A stretch of 63,568 bases of DNA, counting the filler, from Lenisia limosa (lineage: Eukaryota; Protista; Breviatea), in NCBI GenBank assembly GCA_001655205.1. It is 10 parts of 10 records of this genome, joined end to end, with 100 filler letters (N's around TTAATTAATTAA, not from the genome) between each part and the next. Parts side by side here need not be neighbours in the genome. Positions count along the whole stretch, not along the records: positions 33,567 to 50,526 come from LPNZ01008799.1; positions 50,627 to 52,760 come from LPNZ01003275.1; positions 52,861 to 57,308 come from LPNZ01006196.1; positions 57,409 to 59,676 come from LPNZ01003190.1; positions 59,777 to 61,971 come from LPNZ01006260.1; 5 more parts are not named here. One strand, written 5' to 3'. The notes beneath the pieces were generated by a model. It saw only the letters and a list, made by a program, of their open reading frames with translations. It searched no databases and was not told where the DNA came from. A program made the position numbers and the translations under genes. Below are positions 50,001 to 61,744 of this stretch, one piece after another. Within the stretch, counting starts at the first letter, position 1, and each line of letters begins with the position of its first letter.

Positions 50001-50170
50001 AAGGAACATAAGAAACACAAACATGAAGAATGGTGGCCTCGGGTCTTCTCAAAGTGTCTTGATTTGGCCTGGAATGTGGCACAACAGGTCCGGTGGTTTG
50101 GAAAGAAAGCGATCCTGTTGATGACACCGGGCTGTGGAACTGAGAAGCTGACCTTGGTTTGGTGTCCTGC
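47062..50170 (-). CDS. Multi-exon RING-HC (C3HC4) finger protein, probable E3 ligase, partial
   Basis: Spliced exons ~48298-48208 and ~48143-48030 give VCTLCYIDNINC|xLLPCQHKLCSECAVKVIKCSLTCPWCRNEV; preceded by coiled-coil-like exons IRLNNTLRMTLDKLKKTHMEK|ELERIYLKEVLTAENLNKRK. Both ends tentative. Confidence 0.65.
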
Positions 50171-50686
50171 GGGTTAACAAATGCGAATGTTATCACTAAA
50201 CGTATCACTACTTCAACATCATAATCCGCATCATTGCATAATTAAAAATGGTCAAGGCTGAAGAACATCACCACCACTTATCATCACCCACTTTGTCAAA
50301 GAAAGTGGCGCCAAATCCAAGACCTGTCATCTGACTCCTCTGATCAGTCCTGTTTCTTCACCATCAACATGGCATGGAGATTGTGTAAGATTGGGTAATT
50401 TGTAAGTTGTTGTAGCAGTAAAGATGGTAAGCTTGCTTGATACGTTGAAGAAACAGTTATTACTCGCTCGCACGTTTTTCTGTTTCTTCCTTCCTTTCTC
50501 CTTTTTCTCCTGATTCCTTTTTTTTCNNNNNNNNNNNNNNNNNNNNNNNNNNNNNNNNNNNNNNNNNNNNTTAATTAATTAANNNNNNNNNNNNNNNNNN
50601 NNNNNNNNNNNNNNNNNNNNNNNNNNTAACAAAACAAACAAAGCCCAGGCCAGTAGCTTTTGCAGTACCACATTCCATCACTCCAG

Positions 50687-50786
50687 CAGGGCTTCATTTC
50701 GGTTCGAAAAAGACTGGTACAATACATAGTGATGTTGAACATTTATTGAGAAATTCAGTCTTTTTTCAAACCGAAGTGAAACCCTA
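50687..50786. mobile_element. MITE family A copy
   Basis: CAGGGCTTCATTTCGGTTCGAAAAAG...TTTTCAAACCGAAGTGAAACCCTA, 100 bp; no TSD match. Confidence 0.8.
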
Positions 50787-50798
50787 CCAATACCCCAC

Positions 50799-51855
50799 TC
50801 TGATAGCGGTCTTCTTCGGCTTCAATTCGTCCCATCTCGCCTTCAGTTTTCCAGCAGCAAGAACAAACTGGTTAATCTGGAAATATGTTAAAAAAAATTG
50901 ATTAATATTACAGTTGAGGTTGTTCCCGGCCGAAGCCGTCCACAATCAAGCTTGAATAGCAATGAAAAATTAAACAAGGTCGTATCGGGCAAACTCTCAA
51001 TTTACCCTTCATAAAAGTAATAATCTAATGGAATACCCCCCACTCTCTCATCAACCTTCTCCTTAAGTACGATGGTTTGATCTCGGATCATCATCTCGTG
51101 GCCCTAAGAGGGTGAAGAAATAATCTCGTGACCCTAAGAGGGTGAAGAAATAATCTCGTGGCCCTAAGAGGGTGGAAAATTAATTGTTTTTAAACAGCTA
51201 CATATATTTTAGTAATTGTATTATTACAGTTTACTATTTGTTTGGGAGAAATGTTAATTTGTTGTTTGCATACGAACAAACATTCCCAACATCCCTACCT
51301 GTAGAGTTAGCTCCAACTTCTCCCATCGGGTGTTGAGGCCCGGAAGGTCCACACCTCCTCCAGCCGTAACCCTGGTAGTTTATTAGATCGGGGGGAGTAG
51401 TAAAATTGGAACATTCATGAAACAAAAAAGCCCAAATCAATCTGTTGGCTGAACACACAAGGGTTGAGAACAACAAAACANNNNNNNNNNNNNNNNNNNN
51501 NNNNNNNNNNNNNNNNNNNNNNNNNNNNNNNNNNNNNNNNNNNNNNNNNNNNNNNNNNNNNNNNNNNNNNNNNNNNNNNNNNNNNNNNNNNNNNNNNNNC
51601 TCCTCGGCAATTTTACGAAGAGACATGAAGGACTAAAACAATAAGCAAGTTGGCAGAGGAATAGAGCTGGCAATAATATCGATTGGTTTGTGAAAATAAA
51701 ACAGCCTATTGGTAATTAAAAAAGCTCATAAAACCGAGTAAAACTAGGCAAAACTCCCTTGCCACCTTTCTTCCAGCATCAAGCTCCCTGTACAGAGTAT
51801 TAGCCTCGGCAATTTCGTCAGCTGACTGTGGCCGCGTCTGGAGCTTTTCCATTGA
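50799..51855 (-). CDS. DYNC2H1: Cytoplasmic dynein 2 (IFT) heavy chain, internal tail fragment, 5 exons
   Basis: SMEKLQTRPQSADEIAEANTLYRELDAGRK|SFMSLRKIAE..|VTAGGGVDLPGLNTRWEKLELTLQ|GHEMMIRDQTIVLKEKVDER|INQFVLAAGKLKARWDELKPKK, collinear with recalled DYNC2H1 PQSVEEIGDAN..VAGGG..WDKFELMMESHQLMIKDQIEVMK..KARWDQLKP. Confidence 0.85.
51107..51175. repeat. 30-nt tandem repeat, ~2.5 copies
   Basis: ATCTCGTGRCCCTAAGAGGGTGAAGAAATA repeated. Confidence 0.9.
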
Positions 51856-51861
51856 CTGGGG

Positions 51862-52395
51862 GGTATTATTTGCTATTATTATTTGCTATTGTTTGCTATT
51901 GTTTGCAATTATTTGCTACTATTTGCTTATTATTTGCTATTGTTTGCTATTATTTGCTATTGTTTGCAATTATTTGCTATTATTTGCTTATTATTTTATT
52001 GTTTGCAATTATTTGCAATTATTTGCAATTATTTACTATTATTTGCTATTATTTGCTATTATTTGCTATTGTTTGCAATTATTTGCTCTTATTTACTATT
52101 ATTTGCTGTTGTTTACAATTATTTATTTGCTATTATTTGCTATTGTTTGCAATTATTTGCTATTATTTCCTATTGTTTGCAATTATTTGCTATTATTTAC
52201 TATTATTTGCTATTGTTTGCAATTATTTGCTCTTATTTACTATTATTTGCTGTTGTTTACAATTATTTATTTGCTATTGTTTGCAATTATTTGCTATTAT
52301 TTGCTATTATTTCCTATTGTTTGCAATTATTTGCAATTATTTGATATTGTTTACAATTATTTGCTATTATTTGCTATTATGTTTGCTATTATTTT
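51862..52395. repeat. ~10-nt satellite (TATTTGCTAT / TGTTTGCAAT variants), ~50 units
   Basis: Direct reading; source of the spurious L/F/A/I/C ORFs 51828-52466. Confidence 0.95.
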
Positions 52396-52989
52396 TATAT
52401 TTTTATATTTTTTTGGTATTTAAGGGCTCCGTGCAATTAACTGAAAAAATAATTTTTAAAATTTGAACTGAGACCTATTGTGATGGGAACGCAATTTCAG
52501 GCACTATATTTTTAAATTTTGTCAATTAATTTCCTCAAAAAATAATTGCACGTGGCCCTAGTATTTGTTTTATTAATTTGATTATTTTAATACTAAGGTG
52601 GGGAGTGGCCAACCTCTTTGATGAACTCGTCAATTTTCTCAATATTGGCCATACAAGACTTCCTAAAATCGTAAATATTCGGGAAAAGACTCAGAATTAA
52701 CTCCGCTGTTTTACTGATATAAAAAAAAATGTAGGATTAAAATATGTTGGGGGGGGGGGGNNNNNNNNNNNNNNNNNNNNNNNNNNNNNNNNNNNNNNNN
52801 NNNNTTAATTAATTAANNNNNNNNNNNNNNNNNNNNNNNNNNNNNNNNNNNNNNNNNNNNTATATTAGAAATCTGGAGAAATTGGGAAATTGAGAGGGGT
52901 AAATATCACAAATAATATATATTATATGATATAATTATATCAAGATATATATAATACTATTTATCATATGCAATGTGTATATGTATATA

Positions 52990-55900
52990 GTATATGACAA
53001 TCATCCCACACATAAGAAGTGTTTTACGAGCAAGGAGATCGTGTAAATTCATCAAGGAATCCTTTTTTGGGGACTTAAATTCACTTTCTTTCCCCAATGG
53101 TTTTTTAGGGACGATTTTTCATAGGGACGCCACACACCCCCAGATTATAAATCATTGATATTCAAGTTCACCTTTTCAGGGAGAGATCCATGGACACCTT
53201 TCGGTCCAATGAAGTGGGTGCTGGACTTCTGGAGATTTGGGTTTTGTTTTTTAATTCGAGTGTTCTTTTTTTGGGGTTTATTTACTTTTCTGTCTCTGGC
53301 CAGATCTGTTTTATCAGTTCATGAGAAACGGATTCATAAATTTTCCAATTTTACCCCATTTTCCATATTCCATCTCCCCCCCCCCGTTTTTTTTTNNNNN
53401 NNNNNNNNNNNNNNNNNNNNNNNNNNNNNNNNNNNNNNNNNNNNNNNNNNNNNNNNNNNNNNNNNNNNNNNNNNNNNNNNNNNGTGGGGGGGATTATTAT
53501 TATTATTATTATTATTATGATGATGATGATGTTGTTGATGTTGAAAAATGATGATGATGATGATGTTGATAATGATAATGATGATGTTGAAAAATGATGA
53601 TGATGATCTGAAAAAGGGAGGGGTTCATAGCTAGTGAGCTCCATTTTGACCTAATTCAGGTATTAAGTGGGGAGACTTTGAAAATGATTGTCGCTATTAG
53701 GACGACCCCCACCTCCACCCCATATTTAATTTATTTAAGGTTGTATTGTTAGGTTTAGTAGTATTTATTATCAGTTTCAGTTTCCTCTAGGATGTATAAT
53801 TTATTGATGTTCTCTCTGAATTGTGAGCTCCCTGTATATATTTTTCCAAATACATCAAAGTTAGCATTCTTACAAAAATGAAAAATAAAACAAAGTTGTG
53901 TATTCTGTTTACACCATATTTCAATTACTAAGGGAGGCACGCAGAAAGCGGTGTGCACAGAGTTGTAAGGCAAATGTTTAGGTGAATTATTATATCTTCT
54001 AATCCAATATCTCTTATAAGCGTGATGGTATGGACAAGATACATCCTTATTTTTTATTTCTCATTGCTATTTTTTTAGTATATCATATAATATGATATGA
54101 TGATATATAGAGAGAACGTTATCTGACCGAAGCTCTTCAGACACGCATCAGAGATTATTCTCACCCAATCATTGGCCATACAACTTGCATAGCTTTCTAC
54201 GTGCCTCCTGTAAATAATCATAATGATTCACACATAAGAGATATTGGAGTTACGTTCATAATGTAAAATACTATGGGTACTATGATTGCCCAGAACTAAA
54301 GGGGTTGAAACTGGATTGTCGAATTGTATTCAATAAAGGATAGGAAAACGGGTCGAAATAGTAACGATCTTGTCGACACACCCCAAATACACGGTCTTCA
54401 CACTCTGCAGTAAGTTACTCCCTGAATTTTGTGAGTCCATGGAAAAGGATCATCGTAATTTGGTCTTTGTATTTCTTTCCTCCAATGAATGCAAATTCTT
54501 CTATCTAAAATAAATCATCCAAAAGTCATACCAGATCCCCCTCCCCCTACAGGTGAATTTCTCTTTAAGCAAACAGGCGATCTTATTCATCTTCGTGTTC
54601 CTTATCTTGGTGTATTCCTTGTGCCGACTACGATGGTGATTTGGGGGGGGGGGGATTGNNNNNNNNNNNNNNNNNNNNNNNNNNNNNNNNNNNNNNNNNN
54701 NNNNNNNNNNNNNNNNNNNNNNNNNNNNNNNNNNNNNNNNNNNNNNNNNNNNNNNNNNNNNNNNNNNNNNNNNNNNNNGGACCTTAAGGAAGCCCTAGTC
54801 ATAAATGGAAAACGCAATGTCGATATAGCATAGCAATGAGAAATAAAACACAAGGTTGTATCCGTCCACATCATCATCCTTATAAGAGATATTGAATTTT
54901 CATACAAGAGTTAGAGATTAACTATGACAATTCGACTTGGGATTCCAATAAATTTCTTCAGATTTGATTTCCATGTAAATAGTGGGAATTGCAACTTGAA
55001 ATAAAATCAAAACAAAGAAATCCAGTATAGATGTGCAAAAACAGCCACTTCCCTCTCTCAATAAATCCCCCCCCCCCCCNNNNNNNNNNNNNNNNNNNNN
55101 NNNNNNNNNNNNNNNNNNNNNNNNNNNNNNNNNNNNNNNNNNNNNNNNNNNNNNNNNNNNNNNNNNNNNNNNNNNNNNNNNNNNNNNNNNNNNNNNNNNN
55201 NNNNNNNNNNNNNNNNNNNNNNNNNNNNNNNNNNNNNNNNGCAAAACAATAATAATACAAATTTATATTATGCCTAATTGTACATGTGTAATATCCTAGT
55301 GTGTTCCGGGCGGGGGCGACAAGGTGTGGGCGAAGTATTACATGGTATAATTTGTTCATGGTATCCCTATGTATTTATCTGTTTCCCAAATTTTTTTTCT
55401 AATGTACTATATTATTCCTCTTGCTCAAAAAAAGGGATATCACATAGAAATAAAATAAAACTTGTACTAACTAACTCTAACTAACAGCCTCAAACCCACC
55501 TGCGCTGCCTGTCCACCGGCAAATACAAAATTCCTAAAATAATAATGTGACAAAAAAAATAAAATCAAAAAAAACCTAAAATAGTAAATACGGCAAAAAA
55601 ACAGAAGAAAAGTCATAAATATGGAAAAACTAAGTACCAAATTTGACAAAAGAAAGAGTAATAAATAGAGTTATATTCATATACAATTGACCCCCCCCAA
55701 CTCTTTCATTGAGAACCTCTTGCCGTCGTTATGTTGCTTCTCAGGCTGTTCCAAATAAAACACCTCGGTTACTGGCTTATCCGCTACAATAGGGTGAAAT
55801 GGTGTGAACGGTGCGTGAGTGTGTGTAATATATGTCAGTATCTGGGAGAAAAGTAGTATGAAGGAGAGCAAAATTGGATTATGAAATGCTGTGAAAGGAA

Positions 55901-56640
55901 TGGGGCGATGGTCCGATTGTGAGGGGCTGGTACATTTTAGGCTTTTTTGCAGTATTTTTGGGCTTCATCCGCTTACCCTGGAGAGAAGACAAATGATCGA
56001 GTTGATTAAAGTTCGGCTGCCGACTCCTAGTCGGCATATTGGGCGGAATGTTCATTCTGGTGATGGTAAGAGGAATTACGTGCTGAATAGCAATGAGAAA
56101 TAAACAAGATAATAAATTATGCATTAAATGGTGCTGTATGAGTAGAGTGGGTTTTCTTAGTATGAAACAAAAACAGTTGTGTTGGGAAGATGGATTAGTA
56201 TTATATTCTGTGGAATGTCATGTTGTTTCTCCAAAAGAAATGTGCTATACCAATCATAGACAAGCAAAAGCTGTGTACACAGAGTTGTAAGGCAAATGAT
56301 TGGGTGAATTAATATTATACTATATCTCTTATAAGCGTGGTGGTGCTTACGGCTTAGATCAGATACAACCTTATTTTATATTTCCCATTGCTATATCACC
56401 TTAATACACCATTTCACTCCTTTCTGAACCCTTTTTCTCATACACACAGTCACACACATACACTTACTCTCACCAACCTGTTTCCTGTATGCGTGTCTAT
56501 CAAGACTGATCGTAAGGGTAGCTCTTTCGACAAGGACACGGATCAAAGCTTACAGAAAAGGTGCTTCGGATCACCCCGTGCCAGGGGGTAAATAAAACTT
56601 GTACCTTATCCCCAAGGGTCTGACGTGGTTGAAGAAGCCT
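52990..56640 (-). CDS. Scattered probable exons of unidentified gene(s)
   Basis: Candidate GT-AG exons: RMNIPPNMPTRSRQPNFNQLDHLSSLQ; ADKPVTEVFYLEQPEKQHNDGKRFSMKEL; YESVSHELIKQIWPETEK; KSSTHFIGPKGVHGSLPEK; DSLMNLHDLLARKTLL. Not joined into one model. Confidence 0.35.
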
Positions 56641-57230
56641 CGATCAAGAAGGAAGGAAAGGAGGAGGGGGGGGGGGGTTCTNNNNNNNNNNNNNNNNNNN
56701 NNNNNNNNNNNNNNNNNNNNNNNNNNNNNNNNNNNNNNNNNNNNNNNNNNNNNNNNNNNNNNNNNNNNNNNNNNNNNNNNNNNNNNNNNNNNNNTTTGGC
56801 GCTAAAGTGGTTCAAAAGGGACTAAAAAGGAGAAAACCAAATTGAAATGTAGCGCGACCGCAATCACTGGCTATCTTCCTTTTCGCCCCTTTCTCCTCCA
56901 TTAACACTTCAATACCGTTATCTTACCTAGTAGATCGGTAGAAGAGCCCCATTTCAACTTTCCTTTCTTTATCCTCCCGAACCTTCCCACGTCTCCAATA
57001 TCCCTGCACCCCTCCCCTCCCCTCAAGCTCAATCGAATGTTTACATATTGACAAAAAAACAGCCCCAAGTTAAGCATTAATTAATCCCGACTTCAACTGC
57101 CTTTTGGCACACCACAACGAATCAGGTTTGGTATTATTGGATTAGAGTCTCTAACTCGACAATATTCATTCATAATATGCATATTAGTACACTATCTAAT
57201 CTTAAATGGCTGACACTAACGCCGTTTAGT

Positions 57231-57308
57231 ATGCCGCGACTACACGATGCTGTGAGGGCAGGCGACTATTATTCAGCTGAAATCTGCATGAAGAGTGGTG
57301 ACGACTCA
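57231..57308 (+). CDS. 5' end of an ankyrin-repeat protein, cut by a linker
   Basis: MPRLHDAVRAGDYYSAEICMKSGDDS fits the ankyrin consensus LHxAxxxGxxxxxxxLxxGAD. Confidence 0.55.
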
Positions 57309-57478
57309 NNNNNNNNNNNNNNNNNNNNNNNNNNNNNNNNNNNNNNNNNNNNTTAATTAATTAANNNNNNNNNNNNNNNNNNNNNNNNNNNNNNNNNNNN
57401 NNNNNNNNCTCTTTTTGAGTTCGAAAAAGTCCTGATACACACGTCTCACCAGGACTTCGTAGGCGGAAGGGGAGTTTA

Positions 57479-57577
57479 TAAGGCTTCCCAACGGTCCGAA
57501 AAAGAACGGTAAAATATCGATATTTATCGAGGATTTATCAAAAAAATCCGTCTCTTTGGGACGGTAGGGAAGCCCTA
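57479..57577. mobile_element. MITE family A, variant subfamily
   Basis: TAAGGCTTCCCAACGGTCCGAAAAAG...CTTTGGGACGGTAGGGAAGCCCTA, 99 bp; interior shared with the 5393 copy. Further degenerate copies at ~57761-57850, 59287-59308 (half), 62099-62248 and 62362-62425. Confidence 0.75.
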
Positions 57578-57984
57578 AGTATCAGATTAAACACGATTGT
57601 ATATGGCGATAAATCATCAATTTCTATCTTGATAGTTTACTTATTCGTAGTCAAGTGAAGCTTAATCACATAATATCGCAAACAGTTTCATCTCACCTTT
57701 TCAGACCTACATTCCCACTCGCGAGAATGGAGTCAAGTAAGGAATATGGGTAGTTTTTACTAGAGTTTCATTTCGGTTCCAAAAAAGACTGAATTCTCGA
57801 TTCATCCTCGATAACTATCAATATTCATGTCTTTTGGAACCGAAAATGACGATTTGTTTTTGAATTGTCCAAGTGACCTTGATTTTTTATATTTTGAGAG
57901 CCAGAATAATAGACATTATAAACTTAGTGAAACAAATATAGATACCATAAAAAAAACTCATAGTCATGATTCGGGGATACCATT

Positions 57985-59500
57985 TTAACACCACAGTACT
58001 CTGTCAATGTCATCATCTGCTCTCTTGTTCAGTACCTCTCCAGCCTCGGCGAAAGTCATCGATATTCTCGGGTAAATGAACAGCGGGAATCATGATGCTG
58101 GGTGTACTGATTCCTCAATTCTGATCCATTCAGCTTGATGGCAAAAGGACCAGTTGTCGACAGTTACATTGTGGCCCCAAGCCTCTCAGCCCCGGATAGC
58201 CTCAAGGATACTGTCAAAGTGGGGGGGGGGGGGCTTGACATTCAACTTCTCCTCAAATATTCCTCTAGGTCACCCAGTACAAATAGTAATGAGAAATAAA
58301 ATTAAGGTTGTATCTGGCCGATGCCGTCCACACCATCACGTTTGTACCTTATTTTGTATTTCTAATTCTATGTGACATATCAATATAAAAGCTGTGTGAA
58401 CAGAGTTGAAGGCAAATGATTGGGTGAATTAATATTATTCTATAATCTAATAGATCTTATAAGCTTGATGGTGTGGACGACTTCGGCCAGATACAACCTA
58501 ATTTTATTTCTCATTGCTATATCATATATATACTAATATATAAATATTGCAGTATTAACTTCTATCCGATCCTTACCCAGCATCCTCTGTAGTATTCCTC
58601 GGAGGACTCTTTAGCCGCTGCATATCATGCCGATGCTGCACTGCAAAGCGTTAAAAAGAGCATGGTTGGGGGGAAGGCGTCACGTGTATTGTTTTGCGTA
58701 TATCGAAATATCATATACATGTATATAGTGACCGATGTGTTGTCCTATTTTCCATGGGAAGTCACATAGCAAATCGGTCAAGACTTATCCTGGTCACTTC
58801 TATATCACTTATCATATCATATAATATAGTATAAGACCGCTGAAATGAATAAAAATAACCTTTTACCTGCTCAACAATGGACCTTTCTCCACTTCCTAAG
58901 TCTCTCTTGGTATTTCATTTATCTAAAACTTCAACCACCTCTCTGTTTTTTAATATGGTAACCCATATCCAGTGATATGATTATATGATCGACTTTCAAG
59001 TCGAAATGATGATAACCAATATTCACGAGCGATATGATCATATAACCGACTTTGAGGGTTCATTCCGAGTGTATCAGAGTATCATTGAGATGTGTTTGTC
59101 AATTATCATACAAGTGGATATGAGGTCACTGCGTGGAAAATGATAGTTCACAGGTGTGAAAATGATCCAGAAAGTGTTAATGTATAGTGTACATATAAAT
59201 GTATATAACTCTAGATGGAAAATGATTGACTACATTTCTGCTATACTATCTATCGATATTTTACATATATATGCATATATATCTATTTCGAACCGAAGTG
59301 AAGCCCTAACTATACGAATACTCGTGACCACCCCAGAAATGTATATATGTAGTCTTTTCACCCCCCAGAAATGGACACATCCAGACAGCGGATTGCCTCA
59401 TCCCATTCGGTCGGATACTGTACCAGCCGCACCATATGTCAGAGAGATCTTCGGCGATCTTACCAACTCCTTCCTGTAAGCTTCTCAGTTAGAAACGTTC
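57985..59500 (-). CDS. Probable exons of an unidentified gene (partial)
   Basis: Candidate exons YPTEWDEAIRCLD, AAKESSEEYYRGCW, ILEAIRAERLGAT and IMIPAVHLPENIDDFRRGWR bounded by AG/GT. Confidence 0.35.
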
Positions 59501-59826
59501 TCAGCAACAAAGTTCGATGACTTTTCTTGTTTCTTCGTACAATCCCGTTCAATTAGCCTCCTTTAACTCCTGTTTTTGAAAAGTCGTCAAATTTTTTTCT
59601 GTTCCCCCGCTGTTTCATCTCTAAGCAACATTCCTCTTATAGCAACATCCTCTTATAGCAACACCCCCCCCCCCCGNNNNNNNNNNNNNNNNNNNNNNNN
59701 NNNNNNNNNNNNNNNNNNNNTTAATTAATTAANNNNNNNNNNNNNNNNNNNNNNNNNNNNNNNNNNNNNNNNNNNNAAGTAGTAATTAGGAGACAAAATA
59801 TACCTTATCTTGAAGTTTTAACAAAA

Positions 59827-60117
59827 ATGAAAAATAAATATATTCCATCCCATATAATTGATCATCCTTTAATAATGTTTCCTCCCAGCCTAAGGAGAGA
59901 AGAAATTGTTAAAGCTATTGATAATAGAAAAGGAAATCAACCAACCCATTGGATTAATACAATTAATATGGAAGAATTTTTTGATGATCAATATGTTGAG
60001 TTGGATAAAGAGTCTCCAGACTATAATGAAGAAATAATTCAATATTTAAAGAATGAAGAGACCTATGAAAAAGAATGGGGGAATTATTGGAAAAAGTTAT
60101 ATCCAAATTCCTCTAAA
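59827..60117 (+). CDS. Intronless AT-rich hypothetical ORF A (virus-like), copy 1, cut by an N gap
   Basis: MKNKYIPSHIIDHPLIMFPPSLRREEIVKAIDNRKG..WGNYWKKLYPNS; with copy 2 gives a ~116-aa protein ending RILYENFEE*. Confidence 0.65.
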
Positions 60118-60367
60118 TNNNNNNNNNNNNNNNNNNNNNNNNNNNNNNNNNNNNNNNNNNNNNNNNNNNNNNNNNNNNNNNNNNNTAAATTTATTTTTTA
60201 TCGATTAATTTATATATGTATATAGATTTATTTCTAATTAGTAAATGTATATCCCACCTTTCTGATCACTTCATATTATACTATGTATATATATATATAT
60301 ATATCGATTTATATATCAATTTATATAAAATATTTATTCGTGAACAATGAACATGAANNNNNNNNNN

Positions 60368-60611
60368 TAAAAATCCATTACACTGGATTAATACAATTAA
60401 TATGGATGAATTCTTTAATGATCAATATGTTGAGATGGATAAAGAGTCTCCAGACTATAATGAAGAAATAATTCAATATTTAAAGAATGAAAAGACCTAT
60501 GAAAAAGAATGGGGAAATTATTGGAAAAAGTTATATCCAAACTCCCCTAAATTAGTTGATGAGGTTAAGAAACAAAGATATAGAATTCTTTATGAGAATT
60601 TTGAAGAATAG
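60368..60611 (+). CDS. ORF A copy 2 (3' part), diverged duplicate
   Basis: HWINTINMDEFFNDQYVEMDKESPDYNEEIIQYLKNEKTYEKEWGNYWKKLYPNSPKLVDEVKKQRYRILYENFEE*; differs from copy 1 at several codons. Confidence 0.65.
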
Positions 60612-60940
60612 AGGTAGAGGTGTATAAAAAATATAAATTTATTTTTTGTCGATTAATTTATATATGTATATAGATTTATTTCTAATTAGTAAATGTACAT
60701 CCCACCTTTCTGATCACTTCATATTATACTATGTATATATCGATTTATATATCAATTTATATAAAATATTTATTCGTGAACAATGAACATGAACATATAT
60801 AAGGATATAATATTTCTATAAACTTTATTTCAAATCATAGAATGTAGAATTTAGAAATGTTAGGATCTTCCTATAGGAAATAATTAAATTATTATTTGTT
60901 CTCAACTAGTAAATGAATATTCCATTCTTCTGTTCACTCC

Positions 60941-61276
60941 CTAAACATGAACTATCTTCATAATACTACTTAATTCCTCATCCAACTCCTTAAGTTTTTC
61001 TTCTTTCAATGTCTTATACTGATTTTTTAGTTCAGTGTCTTGTCTAAAGATACATAACAGTCTTTTTAAGTCATCACCTTTAATCATCTTATAATTCCCA
61101 TCTACTGATATGCAATAATCTAAATAAGTCTTATTAAATTCATTTTCAAATCGTTTTATCTTCCTGATTGCTTTTACCTTTGACCTATACATTTTAAATT
61201 TTCCATATCCATTTATTACAGGGGTTGATATTGTGTTCAAAATTACAACTATAATTAAAATTGTTAATGGTTCCAT
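60941..61276 (-). CDS. Intronless 111-aa ORF B with a hydrophobic N-terminus (virus-like)
   Basis: MEPLTILIIVVILNTISTPVINGYGKFKMYRSKVKAIRKIKRFENEF..ELKNQYKTLKEEKLKELDEELSSIMKIVHV*; complete ORF, divergent from ORF C. Confidence 0.65.
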   Translation of the reverse strand: MEPLTILIIVVILNTISTPVINGYGKFKMYRSKVKAIRKIKRFENEFNKTYLDYCISVDGNYKMIKGDDLKRLLCIFRQDTELKNQYKTLKEEKLKELDEELSSIMKIVHV

Positions 61277-61354
61277 CTTTAGAACTTAAAAAATAATTGT
61301 CGTGTTTGTTAAAACTTTTTCATAAATATTTTTTCATTATTTTATTTTTCATAA

Positions 61355-61627
61355 ATGACTACCAAGATTTGTAAGACATGTCAAGAGGAAAAAGATATTT
61401 CAAACTATTACGCCAATAATAAAGAGAAAACAATTTTCAAACCAAATTGTAAAACATGTATCAAAAATAAAATTATTGTTCCTAAGGATTTGGATAATAA
61501 GAAATGTAAAACCTGCCAAACCATTCTTCCAGTTGAAGATTTCTATTTCAATAGTAAAGCTAAGAACACTCGTAAACCAAATTGTAAAAAGTGTATGAAA
61601 TCACTGAGGAAGAAGAAGAAGAAATAA
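61355..61627 (+). CDS. Intronless 90-aa ORF C with two CxxC..CKxC zinc-ribbon repeats and a basic tail (virus-like)
   Basis: KICKTCQEEKDISNYY..KPNCKTC and KKCKTCQTILPVEDFY..KPNCKKC, then KKKKK*; the repeat type is common in small ORFs and HNH/EndoVII N-termini of phages, Polinton-like viruses and giant viruses (recalled). Confidence 0.75.
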   Translation: MTTKICKTCQEEKDISNYYANNKEKTIFKPNCKTCIKNKIIVPKDLDNKKCKTCQTILPVEDFYFNSKAKNTRKPNCKKCMKSLRKKKKK

Positions 61628-61744
61628 ATGAATGAAAATTTAAGATGAAAAAAATATGGCTGTTTTTTAAAAAGTTTATGAAAAAATTTTTTCATTATTN
61701 NNNNNNNNNTCATAAATATTTTTTCATTATTTTATTTTTCATAA

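Noticed and set aside
51828-52466. Long hydrophobic ORFs of 153-212 aa
   Set aside because: Translations of a 10-nt satellite that lacks stops in those frames.
53496-53610. Poly-Tyr/Asp or poly-Ile ORFs
   Set aside because: (ATT)n/(GAT)n microsatellites.
61349-61357. TAAATG at the ORF C start as a poxvirus-type late promoter
   Set aside because: Expected by chance in such AT-rich DNA and not shared by ORFs A and B.
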